Assembly (NCBI GenBank): GCA_011523305.1
Contig: WTHB01000010.1
Location: 20,526-84,525, forward strand
DNA: 64,000 nucleotides
Origin: Planctomycetaceae bacterium
Lineage (GTDB): Bacteria > Planctomycetota > Planctomycetia > Pirellulales > UBA1268
Direction of reading: 5' to 3'
In this document: positions 31,658 through 42,400 of the stretch, in pieces
Layout of the letters: every line of letters begins with the position of its first letter
Numbering within the stretch: position 1 is the stretch's first letter
Notes under the pieces: generated by a model
What the model saw: the letters and a program-made list of their open reading frames with translations, nothing else
Databases searched by the model: none
What the model was told of the DNA's origin: nothing
Made by a program: the position numbers and the translations under genes

Positions 31658-32617
31658 ATGGCTGTCTGCAAGGAGATGACGTTGCGTACTCGGGCGATGG
31701 TCTTGTCCAGCGGTTTAGCCGTGCTTGCTGCCCACGTCATGCCGGTCATGCTGGCCATGGGGGCGGAGCCGGTGCGCTCAATCAGCCAGCAGGCTCCGGC
31801 AGCAGCCACCGACGAGATTTCCTCGGCTCGTGGTCTTCCGGACCTGCCGCCCGGGGTGCTCTCGCTTGATGAGGCTGTTACCGCCGACACGTTGGCTACG
31901 CTCGCTGGCCGGGTTGGTTGGCAGCGGCTTGCCGCCGACTCACAGATGGCCCCGGTCCGCGTCACCGTGACACCGGTTGAAGCGGCTGGTCGACGCATTG
32001 GCCATCAGGTGCAGGCAGCCTTCGTGATCAGAACACCACTGGAGACGTTTCAAGATGATGCCCTGGCAGCCGAAACACTTGGCCTGCAGGCGAATACGGC
32101 TGGACGGATGGCCCGGCCGCTCACAACGGATGAGTGCACGCAGGCTGGGCTTGAGGCAGCCGGTGCAAACACCTCCTTCGCGGTGCTGAACCTGACGCTT
32201 CTCAATCGGGTGGATCTCCAGGGTGTCGTGCGGGCTGAACGCCGGGATGGGGAGTCTGGCTTTGAACTCGCCTGGGTATTCGATCACCGGTTTGACCGGT
32301 TTCCCAGTCTCCGGGCCCACAGCCAGCGGCGGACGGCCAACGCCCTGGGGGAAACCGTCAGGGAAGATCCCCAGCCCTATGCCGGTGCGGCCGGGGTTTT
32401 GGTGGTGCGAGAGGTGAGGGGCATGGCAGCCGACCCGGAAGAGTCGTTGCTGGTGGTGGAGTCGCGGCTGGCCTTCGCTGAGCCGGTGGCCTGGTTTGGT
32501 GGCAGCAATCTGCTCCGTGCCAAGATTCCCCTGCTGACCCAGGAAGGTGTTCGGACTCTCCGCCGGCGGCTAGCAACAGTGCCAACTTCAGCTGCCGCAG
32601 GTGATGCAGCTCATTAG
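31658..32617 (+). CDS. Hypothetical secreted protein (319 aa), 2-nt gap after the phosphatase gene
   Basis: N-terminal hydrophobic signal-like segment (MVLSSGLAVLAAHVMPVMLAMGA). Protein-like composition. No family recognised. Confidence 0.55.
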   Translation: MAVCKEMTLRTRAMVLSSGLAVLAAHVMPVMLAMGAEPVRSISQQAPAAATDEISSARGLPDLPPGVLSLDEAVTADTLATLAGRVGWQRLAADSQMAPVRVTVTPVEAAGRRIGHQVQAAFVIRTPLETFQDDALAAETLGLQANTAGRMARPLTTDECTQAGLEAAGANTSFAVLNLTLLNRVDLQGVVRAERRDGESGFELAWVFDHRFDRFPSLRAHSQRRTANALGETVREDPQPYAGAAGVLVVREVRGMAADPEESLLVVESRLAFAEPVAWFGGSNLLRAKIPLLTQEGVRTLRRRLATVPTSAAAGDAAH

Positions 32618-33747
32618 CCACCGGCTGCTGCGGCGAGGCTGGTCTCTGGCTGCCAGCAATAGAGAAAAGTCGGCAGCTGGCTGCGATCCAGGCCAGGAAT
32701 ATTCAGGGGCAGGAGGGCTGATTGCAGGGGGACGTTCGGAGTAACGTCAAACGGCGTATAGGCGCGGTCGTTGTCGCGACGCAGCATCACCACGGTAGCC
32801 CCGGCGTCAGCATCGGCACCTGCGAGTTTGGTCGCCTCGGCAATCGCATCATCGAGATAGCCCAGCCGATCAACCAGGCCGGCTGCCAAGGCTTCTTCAC
32901 CGGCAACAACGCGGCCATCAAAGAGTGAGTCAGCGGAGACGAGGCGGGGGCGGGCCCCACGAATCTGCTCCTGCAAACGCTGATGAAACCGGTTGGCCAA
33001 CCCTTCCAGCATCACAAATTCATCGGGCTCCAGCGGACGGGTCGGTGAGGCTGCATCAATTTTGTCTCCCGCCTTGATCGGCCGGGCAATCACATTGAAT
33101 TGCGCCATGGTCTCTTGCAGGTTGTAACTGTTGAGGATCACGCCAAGTCCGCCGACCAGGGTGGTCGGGTGGGCGATGATTCGGTCTGCTGTAGAGGCCA
33201 GCAGATATCCACCTCCGGCCCCGACATCCATCAGGCAGGCAACGATCGGAATGTCCCGCCGGCGGCGAAAATCAACGAGGTCCCGGTTCATAATGTCAGA
33301 GGCGGTAACGCCTCCGCCGGGGCTGTTGATCCGCAGCACAACGCCGCGAACCGACGGGTCGGCCTCAATGGTGGTAAGTTTTTCGCGGAAGAGGGCAACC
33401 GGGTTCTCCCCCATCGACCCAAGGCCACCCATGTTCCGGTTGAGCAACAGCCCGTCGATGTCGACAATAGCGATGGTGTTGCCGGCACCTTCTCGGACCA
33501 CGACCCGGGCGAGCCGTGAGGCACGATTGTCGGTCTTCAACGAGGTTGTGATCGACCCGTCCATGCCGAGATCGCCGGACATGTTCATCGCGCCGTTCAT
33601 CGCCATGTCGCCGGTCATGCCCATGGTGCCCTGCATCAGCACCCGCATCGGATTGTGCCGGCACCCGGTGATGATCAAGGCGAATAGGAGCAGGCACCCC
33701 CAGCATGTTCGACCGCGCAGCATTCCCCTTCCTCCAGACTTCCACAA
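32614..33747 (-). CDS. sppA: Signal peptide peptidase SppA (S49 family, 36K type), probable lipoprotein with a Met-rich N-terminal tract
   Basis: Lipobox-like LFALIITGC. S49 core (VRGVVLRINSPGGGVTASD, GAGGGYLLASTADRIIAHPTTLVGGLGV, GRVVAGEEALAAGLVD). Confidence 0.85.
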   Translation of the reverse strand: MWKSGGRGMLRGRTCWGCLLLFALIITGCRHNPMRVLMQGTMGMTGDMAMNGAMNMSGDLGMDGSITTSLKTDNRASRLARVVVREGAGNTIAIVDIDGLLLNRNMGGLGSMGENPVALFREKLTTIEADPSVRGVVLRINSPGGGVTASDIMNRDLVDFRRRRDIPIVACLMDVGAGGGYLLASTADRIIAHPTTLVGGLGVILNSYNLQETMAQFNVIARPIKAGDKIDAASPTRPLEPDEFVMLEGLANRFHQRLQEQIRGARPRLVSADSLFDGRVVAGEEALAAGLVDRLGYLDDAIAEATKLAGADADAGATVVMLRRDNDRAYTPFDVTPNVPLQSALLPLNIPGLDRSQLPTFLYCWQPETSLAAAAGG

Positions 33748-33939
33748 AGAGCATCGACCAATCCTTTCGCCAACTCCCCCGTTGTCGTGCCGAGCCGATC
33801 GGTCACAGCCATTTACGGCGGCCCCGTAAGTCGCGTGGGGTCGCCAGGTTCTCCACTCTGCCAGAGGTGCTTTTTGAACGATTCGACAGGGACCAACGCC
33901 CGCCAGACACCCTCGGCAACGTTCCGAACCGACCGGGTG

Positions 33940-34692
33940 ATGCTCGTCAGGCTGTCACTCACCGCCACAGATGAGGTGTGTGGCCGGCTGGAGCAGCTGC
34001 TGTCCGCAGAGGAACGAGAGCGGGCCCTGCGGCGGCTCCCAACGGTCCGGCGGCGTGCCGTCGTCAGCCGGGGGCGGCTGCGGCAACTGCTGGGGCGGGT
34101 GCTCAACCTGCCGCCCGCTGAGGTCGTCTTGCAGACGAATCAGCATGGCAAGCCGGGCCTGACGGGAAGCCTTGCCGGCAGGTGTGAGTTCAACGTCACG
34201 CACTCCGGGGATGAGGGGCTGATTGCGGTGGCGGTCGATCGACCGGTCGGTGTCGATCTGGAAATCGGGAAGCCGACGCAGACGGTTGACTGGGCCAGGT
34301 TGATGGCTGGAACCATTTTTGGGGAAGCAGAACTGGCTCGGTGGCAGGGCGTGCCGGACAGTCAGGCGGCTGCTGCAGTCCTTGATGCCTGGGTTACCAA
34401 GGAGGCTGTCTTCAAGGCGGTTGGCACCGGCATTGGAGACCGCCTCCGGCAGTGCGAACTCCCGTCGGTCATTCCCCGGGTCGATCTGACAGCGTGGGCT
34501 GCACCGGTTGACTGTCAACTGGTCAAGGTGTCGCCGCTGGGGCCGGCATCAGCCGCGGAGTCTGGCGTCGGGGTGACGCTGCTCAGCCTGCAGCCCACCT
34601 GGCACGTCGCAGTTGCCACCACTGCGGCTCGCTGCAGTCTGTGGCTGACGGATTTCGAATCAGTCTTGCGGGGGGATCTGCCGCTCCGCTGA
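33940..34692 (+). CDS. Sfp-type 4'-phosphopantetheinyl transferase
   Basis: From the Met at 33940. Has FNVTHSGDEGLIAV, VGVDLE and WVTKEAVFKAVG (PPTase motifs 1 to 3). The upstream part of the 301-aa ORF has odd composition and was trimmed. Confidence 0.85.
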   Translation: MLVRLSLTATDEVCGRLEQLLSAEERERALRRLPTVRRRAVVSRGRLRQLLGRVLNLPPAEVVLQTNQHGKPGLTGSLAGRCEFNVTHSGDEGLIAVAVDRPVGVDLEIGKPTQTVDWARLMAGTIFGEAELARWQGVPDSQAAAAVLDAWVTKEAVFKAVGTGIGDRLRQCELPSVIPRVDLTAWAAPVDCQLVKVSPLGPASAAESGVGVTLLSLQPTWHVAVATTAARCSLWLTDFESVLRGDLPLR

Positions 34693-35616
34693 TTGCTGGG
34701 CGGGTGGCTGGAGAGGAGCGAGGGCCTGCTGAATGGCCGCAGCGAGTTGCAGCAGGGCCGGGGCAGTGTAGCTGCTGCGCGTGGCGTTCTGCCGGAGTGC
34801 CGGCGACCAGGCCAGATCGGTGCCGGGGGGGAGGTTGAGCAGGGCAAAGGCGTCCTGGGTCGGCATGCCGAGGAAAAACTGGCTGGCATCGACGTAGATT
34901 GCCCGGTCGTCACGGGTGCCCTCGGCGACCCACCGGGGTGGATCTGCTGTTGGCTCCAGGCTGCCGTGCGCCTGCTGCTTGAGGAGCCAGACGCAGGAAC
35001 TGCAGCGTCCGGTCGAGGCCTCCACCCAGATGAAGTGTCGCATGATCACGGGGGTTGGGCGTCCCTCGCGGTAAAAGCGGGCATCCACATCGACTACCTG
35101 CATCGTCTGATTCATGCCGATGCAACGCAGTTCAGACAGATGACGGCCATTGGCTGCCAGCACCTGCCGGCCGATCATGTCGATTCCCGCCGCTGCTGGT
35201 GGATTGTCGGTAGCAATCACGGTCAGGCTGCCGTCGAGTGGCACCGCGTAGCCGGCACCGACCTCCTGAAGCTGAAACACTGGGGGCTGCTGGGGGGCAC
35301 CCGTTTTTGACACGGTGGCCAACAAGGCGAGAGTGAAGAGCGGGACCCGCTGGCGGATCATGGCGGGGACGGAGTTGGCGTTCCCGCTGGCGATCCGGGA
35401 GGTAGCCGAATAGATTGACCGATTCCAGCGTGCCGCTGTCGGATCACCCACCACGGTTCCGGCCGCGACGGCTGTCAGCGGGTGGGCAGTCGAGGTGTCG
35501 GCTGCCTGGACGCAGGCGGTGCCCCACCAGGCCATGACCGCAAGTGCCAGCAGGCAGATGCACTCCACGCCGGGCCACCGAGATGGCAGAATAAAGTTCC
35601 GCGTGTTCATCGGCAT
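34660..35616 (-). CDS. Hypothetical secreted protein (about 319 aa)
   Basis: From MPMNTRNFILPSRWPGVECICLLALAVMAWWGTACVQA (signal peptide). No family recognised. The 3' end overlaps the convergent PPTase gene by 33 nt. The start is divergent from the ABC ATPase gene. Confidence 0.55.
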   Translation of the reverse strand: MPMNTRNFILPSRWPGVECICLLALAVMAWWGTACVQAADTSTAHPLTAVAAGTVVGDPTAARWNRSIYSATSRIASGNANSVPAMIRQRVPLFTLALLATVSKTGAPQQPPVFQLQEVGAGYAVPLDGSLTVIATDNPPAAAGIDMIGRQVLAANGRHLSELRCIGMNQTMQVVDVDARFYREGRPTPVIMRHFIWVEASTGRCSSCVWLLKQQAHGSLEPTADPPRWVAEGTRDDRAIYVDASQFFLGMPTQDAFALLNLPPGTDLAWSPALRQNATRSSYTAPALLQLAAAIQQALAPLQPPAQQSAERQIPPQD

Positions 35617-35663
35617 TCTCCGGAGGACACGGCCAGAAAAGGGATCGTGAGGGAGGATCGGGC

Positions 35664-36392
35664 GTGGAATCAAGGCTGAATGGCGGCAGGCCGGCGGACT
35701 CGCAAGCCCCTGGGGGAGCGGTGGTTGCGCTACGGGATGTGACCAAAGTCTATCGGGACGGCAACGTGCGGGCGGTCTCCGGGGTGTCGCTGGAGGTTCC
35801 AGAGCAAGGATTTCTGTCGGTGACGGGCCCCAGCGGTTGTGGAAAATCAACCCTGCTCAATCTGCTCGGTGGGCTCGATACGCCGACCAGCGGCGGCGTT
35901 TTTTTTCGGGGACAATCGCTGGCGACGCACAAAGACCTCGACAGGCTTCGCAGCCGCACGATTGGCTTTGTCTTTCAGACGTTCCATCTGTTGCCGAACC
36001 TGACCGCCCGGGAGAACGTCCAACTGCCGATGTTCGGTGATGGTCGTCGCGATGCCGAGCGGGAGGCCCAGGCGGCGGCACTGCTGGCGCGAGTCGGTCT
36101 GGCCGACCGCGAAGACCATCTGCCAGGGGCACTTTCGATCGGCCAACGCCAGCGGGTGGCAATCGCCCGTGCCCTGGCCAATCAGCCGGCACTGCTTCTG
36201 GCAGATGAGCCGACTGGCAGCCTCGACAGTGAGAGTGGCACCACGGTGATGGATCTGCTTGGTCACCTCCATGCTGATCTTGGCATGGCGATGGTCGTCG
36301 TTACTCACGATCCGGCGGTGGCCGAACGTGCTGAGCGGACTGTGCGGATGCTCGACGGGCGGATCGTCAGTGATACGGCTGGTTGTCCTTGA
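35664..36392 (+). CDS. ABC transporter ATP-binding protein, MacB/LolD/FtsE-like subfamily
   Basis: Walker A GPSGCGKSTLLN, Q-loop, signature LSIGQRQRVAIARAL, Walker B LLLADEPTGSLD, H-loop VVVTHD. The true start may be downstream of 35664. Confidence 0.9.
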   Translation: MESRLNGGRPADSQAPGGAVVALRDVTKVYRDGNVRAVSGVSLEVPEQGFLSVTGPSGCGKSTLLNLLGGLDTPTSGGVFFRGQSLATHKDLDRLRSRTIGFVFQTFHLLPNLTARENVQLPMFGDGRRDAEREAQAAALLARVGLADREDHLPGALSIGQRQRVAIARALANQPALLLADEPTGSLDSESGTTVMDLLGHLHADLGMAMVVVTHDPAVAERAERTVRMLDGRIVSDTAGCP

Positions 36393-36458
36393 GCGGGCGG
36401 AGGCTCGTCCACCAGGTAATTTTCTCTGGTTGGGGAAAGCAAGTGGCCAACTGGCTGA

Positions 36459-39400
36459 TTACGACATGACCGCTGCCTCAAGCGCGTCCCGGATGGCTGT
36501 GGCCAGGGTGGACGCGTGTGGCAGGGCGACCATGCTGTGATGGTGTCCGGGTACTTTGCTGACCTCCACGGAACGCAGGACCTGACTCCAGCCCCGGTCA
36601 TCCGGGCCACTCACGTCCACCGGGACTTCTTGCGGGCGGAACAGCACCCCGTCGGTATCGAGTGGCTGGGCGGTGCACTGATTGCAGAGCTGGACATGGT
36701 GGGAGAAGAGCCGCTGGAGGTCAGCAAGAACCTGTGAGACGAGAGCTTCGGGTGCCGTCGCTTCGATCAGACCAAGCTGTCGGGCATGGTCGTAGAGAAA
36801 CGGCAGCTGTTCCGAGGCTGGCAGGTTGCCAAGGGCTTCCAGGCTGATGTCGAGCCCGTATTCGCGGCCCGTTGACTGGTCGCTGCCGTTCACGCAGGGC
36901 AGGCTGGAGTCGAACAGGATCAGCCGTTCGACCTGATCTCCCTCGGCAATGAGTTGCCGGGCAACTTCACTGGCGATGACGCCGCCGAGTGACCAGCCGC
37001 CGAGGAGGTAGGGGCCGACTGGCTGGACACTGCGGAGGGCCGACGCATAGTCAGCAGCCATGGACTCGAGGCTTGCTGGGAGGGCTTCCTCGCCGTGCAA
37101 ACCACGAGAGCGAATCCCCAGCAGTGGCCGGGCCGGATCAAACTGCTGGGCGAGCGCTGCATAGCAGACAACGATGCCTCCGGGAGGATGTACCAGGAAC
37201 AGCGGTGGCAGGGAGCCCGTCGGCTTCAGCGGCACGATCAGGGGATGATGGTTAGCCGCCGATGTGACCGGGGCAGCCGGGGCCAGCGAGGCGTCTCCAA
37301 AGCGGGCCGCAACCGCCGCGGGATGCAGGTCGCCGAGCCGTTGTGCGATCTGGCTGATGTCTGCCAGGTCAAACAGCAGGACGGTTGGCACATGGACGCC
37401 GAGGTCTTCGCTGAGCTTGGCGGTGAGCATCGCTGCCTGAAGTGAGGTGCCACCGAGGTCAAAAAAGTTTTGATTGATACCGATGCCATCGAGCCCGAGG
37501 GTCTCCTGCCAGCGGCTGACAAGATGCTCCTCCAGCGGAGTTCGCGGTGCCAGGGGGGCTATCGCCTCCACCGTGGTTGGCCGCTCGGCTGCCAGGCGGG
37601 TGCGGTCGATTTTGCCACTGCTTGTGCGTGGCAACTGGTCCAGCAGCGTGAGTGTGGCCGGCCGCTTGATCCCCGGCAGATGAGCCGCCAGGTGTTGCCG
37701 GAGCGTTGTCAACGCAGTGGTCACGTCAGTCTGTGCGGTTACAACGACAAAACCAGCTAGCCGGGCTTCTGGGGTGCCTGGGGCCACCACCGTGACGGCT
37801 GCTTCGGCCACGCTCGGGTGGGCGGCCAGGCAGGCTTCGACCTCCCCAAGTTCGATCCGATAGCCCCGCAGTTTGACCTGACCATCGAGTCGGTCGAGGA
37901 ACTCGATGCAGCCGTCCGGCCGTCGCCGACACCGATCGCCAGTCAGATAAGCCCGCAGCGGTCCTTGGCTGCTCTGAAGGGTGATGAAGCGCGCCGCGGT
38001 GAGTTCAGGCCGCCCCAGATAGCCCCTGGCCAGACCTGGGCCGGCAATCACCAGTTCTCCCGGTACGCTGTCGGGAAGGGGCCGCTGATTTTCATCAACA
38101 ATCAGCAGCGTCGCTCCGGCCGCGGCGGTGCCCAGGGGGATGCGGCGCAGGCCGTCATGACTTCGTGGCACCGGCCAGACGGCGGCTTCGACGGTCGTCT
38201 CAGTCGGTCCGTAGAGATTCCACAAGGTCACCTTCGGTAGCCGGCCAACCCGGCGCGGCAGGTCAGCCGGCATCGCCTCGCCTCCGCACCAAATCTGACG
38301 GAGGCTGACGCATTCGGAAAATCGCGGATGCCGTCCTATCAACTGCAGCAGTGAGGGTGTCACCGGTAGCACGGTGATTTCATCGCGAATCACCTGGTCG
38401 ATCAACGCGTCGATGTCACGGCCTGCTTCGGTGTCAGCCAATACCAGCGTTGCGGCTGCCTGCAGCGTTGCCAGTGTCACGCCGAGGGCGGCATCGAACT
38501 GGTGGGAAAAGAGCAGCATCACGCGGTCCGTGGCAGCCAGAGGAATCTGCTGCTGCCGCCAGGCGAGGAGGTTGGCAATGGCTCCCTGTTCGATCAGCAC
38601 ACCCTTTGGACGCCCGGTCGAACCGCTGGTGTAGATGCAGTAGGCCAGGTCGGTGGTGGCCAGGTGCGGAAGAGTTTGCTCGGCAGGCGGATTCGTCAAC
38701 TCGTCCAGCCGAATCAAGTGAAGGCCCTCGGCGGCCGGGGAGTCGTCATTCGAGATGCCTGCAATGACCATGCAGCGAGCGGCGGTGTCGGCGAGCAGGT
38801 CGTCGCTGCCCACGGCTGGCTGCCGCTGGTCAACTGGGGTCGGTGCGTAGCCGGCCAGCATGGTGGCAACCGTGGCGACCACCGCCTCGCCACCTGTACC
38901 GAAGACCGGCACAAGGCTACCGACGGGCAGACCGGTTGCGGCCAGTTGCTGGTGCAGCGACTGCGCAAGGTTGTCCAGATCACGGTAGTGCCAGGTGGTC
39001 TCGCCGGCGATGACCGCTGAGCGATCAGCGGCCTCAGTGACCGCTGGGGCGAGCTGGTCGGAAACCGTGCCGTGGGCCGCGGTGCCGGCTGCTGCGTCCA
39101 ATGCCAGTTCGGACGAGGTGGCCCATGGTAGTTCAGAGAGCGGTTGTTCGGCCGCTGCGAGCAGTTCGCTGGTGAGGGTCTCCAGATTCCTGGCCAGGCA
39201 GGCGATTGTTGCCTGGTCGAACAGATCGGTCGCGTAGTGGATCATGCCGCGACAGGATGACTCGGTCTGCTCGAAGACAAACTCGATATCGTGGACGCAG
39301 GCCTGTTGGGGAACATGAAAACTCTCTTGGCGGAGCCCCGCAAAGTCCACCGCTTCGGCCCGGTCAGGAAAGAGGAAGCCGGCGCGACCAGCCTCTTCAC

Positions 39401-42400
39401 GACGGTGTGCTTTCTCGAAGGTGCACGACACCTGGAATAAGGGATTACGGCTGGGATCGCGGGCGTGGGGTGTGTCGGCGATGATTGCGGCCAGCGGATA
39501 GTCTTCGTGCTCAAGGGCTCCCAGGATCATCTGGCCGGTCCGTTCGACCAGCGTGCGAAAGGATGGGTCATCCCCAAGCCGCACAGGGATCGGCAGCATG
39601 TTGACGAAGAATCCAACCGTGTTTTCGAATCGTTGCTCACTGCGGCCGGAGAAGGGCATGCCGATGAGGAAGGAGGTCTGGCCCGACAGACGGGCGAGCA
39701 ACACTTCCACAGCAGCCAGCAGCACGGCCGACGGGGTCACGCCGGCGGTTGTTGCCAGCCGGCTGATTGCCGCTGACGTTACCGTCGACAGCGTCATTGG
39801 TTCGCTGGCCGCGTGGCCGGTGAAATGGCGGGGCCGGGGTCGGTCAGTTGGCAGGTCAAAGACGGTGGGAATGCCAGCGAGCGTCTGCTGCCAGAAGGTC
39901 TGCAGGCGTTCACGTGAATCCGCTTCGAGCAGTTGATGCTGGCGGTCGACGAACGCAGCGTAGTTGTTGGTGGGTGGGGGCAGGTCGGCAGCCATGCCGG
40001 CGGCCAACTGACGATAGCCGACGGCAATCTCCTGCAAAAGCAGAATCAGTGACCAGAAGTCGACGGCGATGTGATGGGTGGTCGCCTGCACCACCCAGTC
40101 GTCTTCTGCCAGTTTGAAGGCCGTCACCCGTAGCAGGGGCCCCCGTTCCAGATCGAAGGGCAAATGGGCATCTGCCGCAGCCTGGACCTGCACCTCGGCT
40201 TCCGAAAGGCCCGTGGCATCGACCACCGTAAACCGGGGCGGTAACGAATCATGGACCTGTTGCAGGAGCCGGCCCCCGGCATCGGAAAAAGTGGTCCGCA
40301 GGGTGGCATGCCGCTCGACCACCATGTGCATCGTCTGCTGGAGTGCTGCCACGTCGAGCTGGGACCGCACCCGGGTGGGAAGAAAGACGTTGTAGGCCGT
40401 GTCAGCGGGGTTTCGTCGGGCAGCAGCCCAAAGCCCGCGCTGCCCGGCTGAGAGCGGGAACGCTCGGGCGGCCGGCATCTCATGCGGGGACGCGTTGGCG
40501 GGGGCACCGGATCCGCTCGCGTCTGCCTGAACGCTCTCCGGTGAGCCTGCCTCTGCCAGCGTGCCGCAGAGCATGTCAATCAGCTCCGTCACACCAGTGC
40601 TCCGCATTAGTGCGGAGATCGCGAGGCTGATGCCGGTTCGGTTTTCAATCCAGTTGCGGAGTTCAACTGCCATGAGGGAGTCGAGGCCGAGTTCGAGCAG
40701 TGCCCGCTCCCGCTCAAGCTGCTCTGGGTCAATGCCCAGAAGCCCCGCCGCCTTGTCGCACACGACCGTTTCGACCATCGTGCGGCGGACAGGTGCCGCA
40801 GCGGTACGAATGGTTTCCGGGGTGATGGTGACTGCCTGGCTCGAGCCACTTTCGTTGCTGCGTGCCTGCAGCAGGTGGGCGAATTTGGGTGGCACATTGT
40901 CGGTGATGCCGAGGCCTCGCCAGCGACTCCAGTCCATTCGCAGAACGCTCAGCTGGATTTCACGTGAGGCGATCGCGTAGCCCAGGCAGGCCATCGCCTG
41001 CTGAACCGTGAAGCTGAGCACACCCTGTCGCTCCAACCGCGCGCTTAGTTCATTACGGCGGGCGAGGTACCCGACCTCGCCGAGGTGGCCCCAGTTGATC
41101 ACCGTGGCTGGCAGGCCAAGGTGGCGGCGGTGATGGGCCAGGCCGTCCAGTGCGGCATTCGCTGCGGCATAGTTTGCCTGTCCGGCATGTCCGAAGACGC
41201 TTGAGAGCGAAGAGAAGACCACGAACTGCTCGAGGTCGAGTCCGCAGGCCAGCGACTCTTGGTGAAGGTTCCAGCCGCCAAGTACCTTGGGCCTCAGGAC
41301 ACGATCGAGCGTGGCATGGTCGAGGTCAACAAGCAGGCGGTCCTCAAGCACCATCGCGGTGTGGAAGATGCCCCGGAGGGGCCGCTCCTCGGTGCTGATT
41401 GTCTTGAGGACACGTCGGACCTCTTCCGGTTTGGTAATGTCGGCCGGCAGCAGTCTGACTCGCGTTCCGGCCGCCTCCAGTTCACCGATCACGGCAGCCG
41501 CCTCAGCGGAGACCTGGAGACTGCGGCCTCCGAGAATCAGCGTGCCCGCCCCCCGGCTGGCCAGCCAGCGGGCAACCTCAAGGCCAAAACCGCCGAGCCC
41601 ACCTGCGACCCAGTAACTTCCGTCGGGATCGCAGGCGAGGGTGCCGGTGGTTGCCGGATGGATTGGGGCAGGCGGCGTGGTGTAGTCGATCACCAGTTTG
41701 CCGATATGGCGGGCCTGCTGCATCGAACGGAAGGTGGCAACTGCCTCGGTTGCGGGCTGCACCGTAATCGGCAGGGGGTGTAGCTCTCCTGATTCGAACC
41801 GTTCTGGAAGTGTCCGCAGCAGTTCACCCATGCGGCGAGGCTGTTGCTTGAAAAGTTGGTCCAGGTCGATGCCGAAGAAGGCGATGTTGTTCCGGAACGC
41901 GTAGAGCCCCAGGGCGGCATCACCGTAAATGTCCCGTTTGCCGATCTCCAGAAATCGCCCGCCAACGGCCAGTGCCTCGATGCCCCGGGGAATCGCCTCG
42001 CCGGGCAGGCTGTTGAGGATGATGTCGACGCCACCACTGAGGCGGTGGGCTTCATCAGCAAAGGCGAGGCTGCGGGAGTTCATCACTGCGTCGGCACCCT
42101 GTTCGCGGACGAACGCCCGTTTCTCATCGTTCCCAGCAGTGGCCAGAACGCGGGCGCCGGCGAGTCGGGCCAGTTGAATGGCTGCTAGGCCAACACCACC
42201 GCTGGCAGCATGAATGAGCACCGTATCGTCAGCCCGCATACGGCCGCAGGTTTCCAGGGCATGAATGGCAGTGAGGAACGCGATGGGTAGGGCGGCAGCC
42301 TGCTGGTGGGAGAGGTTCCGGGGCTTGCGGGTCACCAGATCGGTGGCCACAACCACATGGGTGCCGAAGGCACCGGGGGCAACTGCCATCACCTCGTCAC

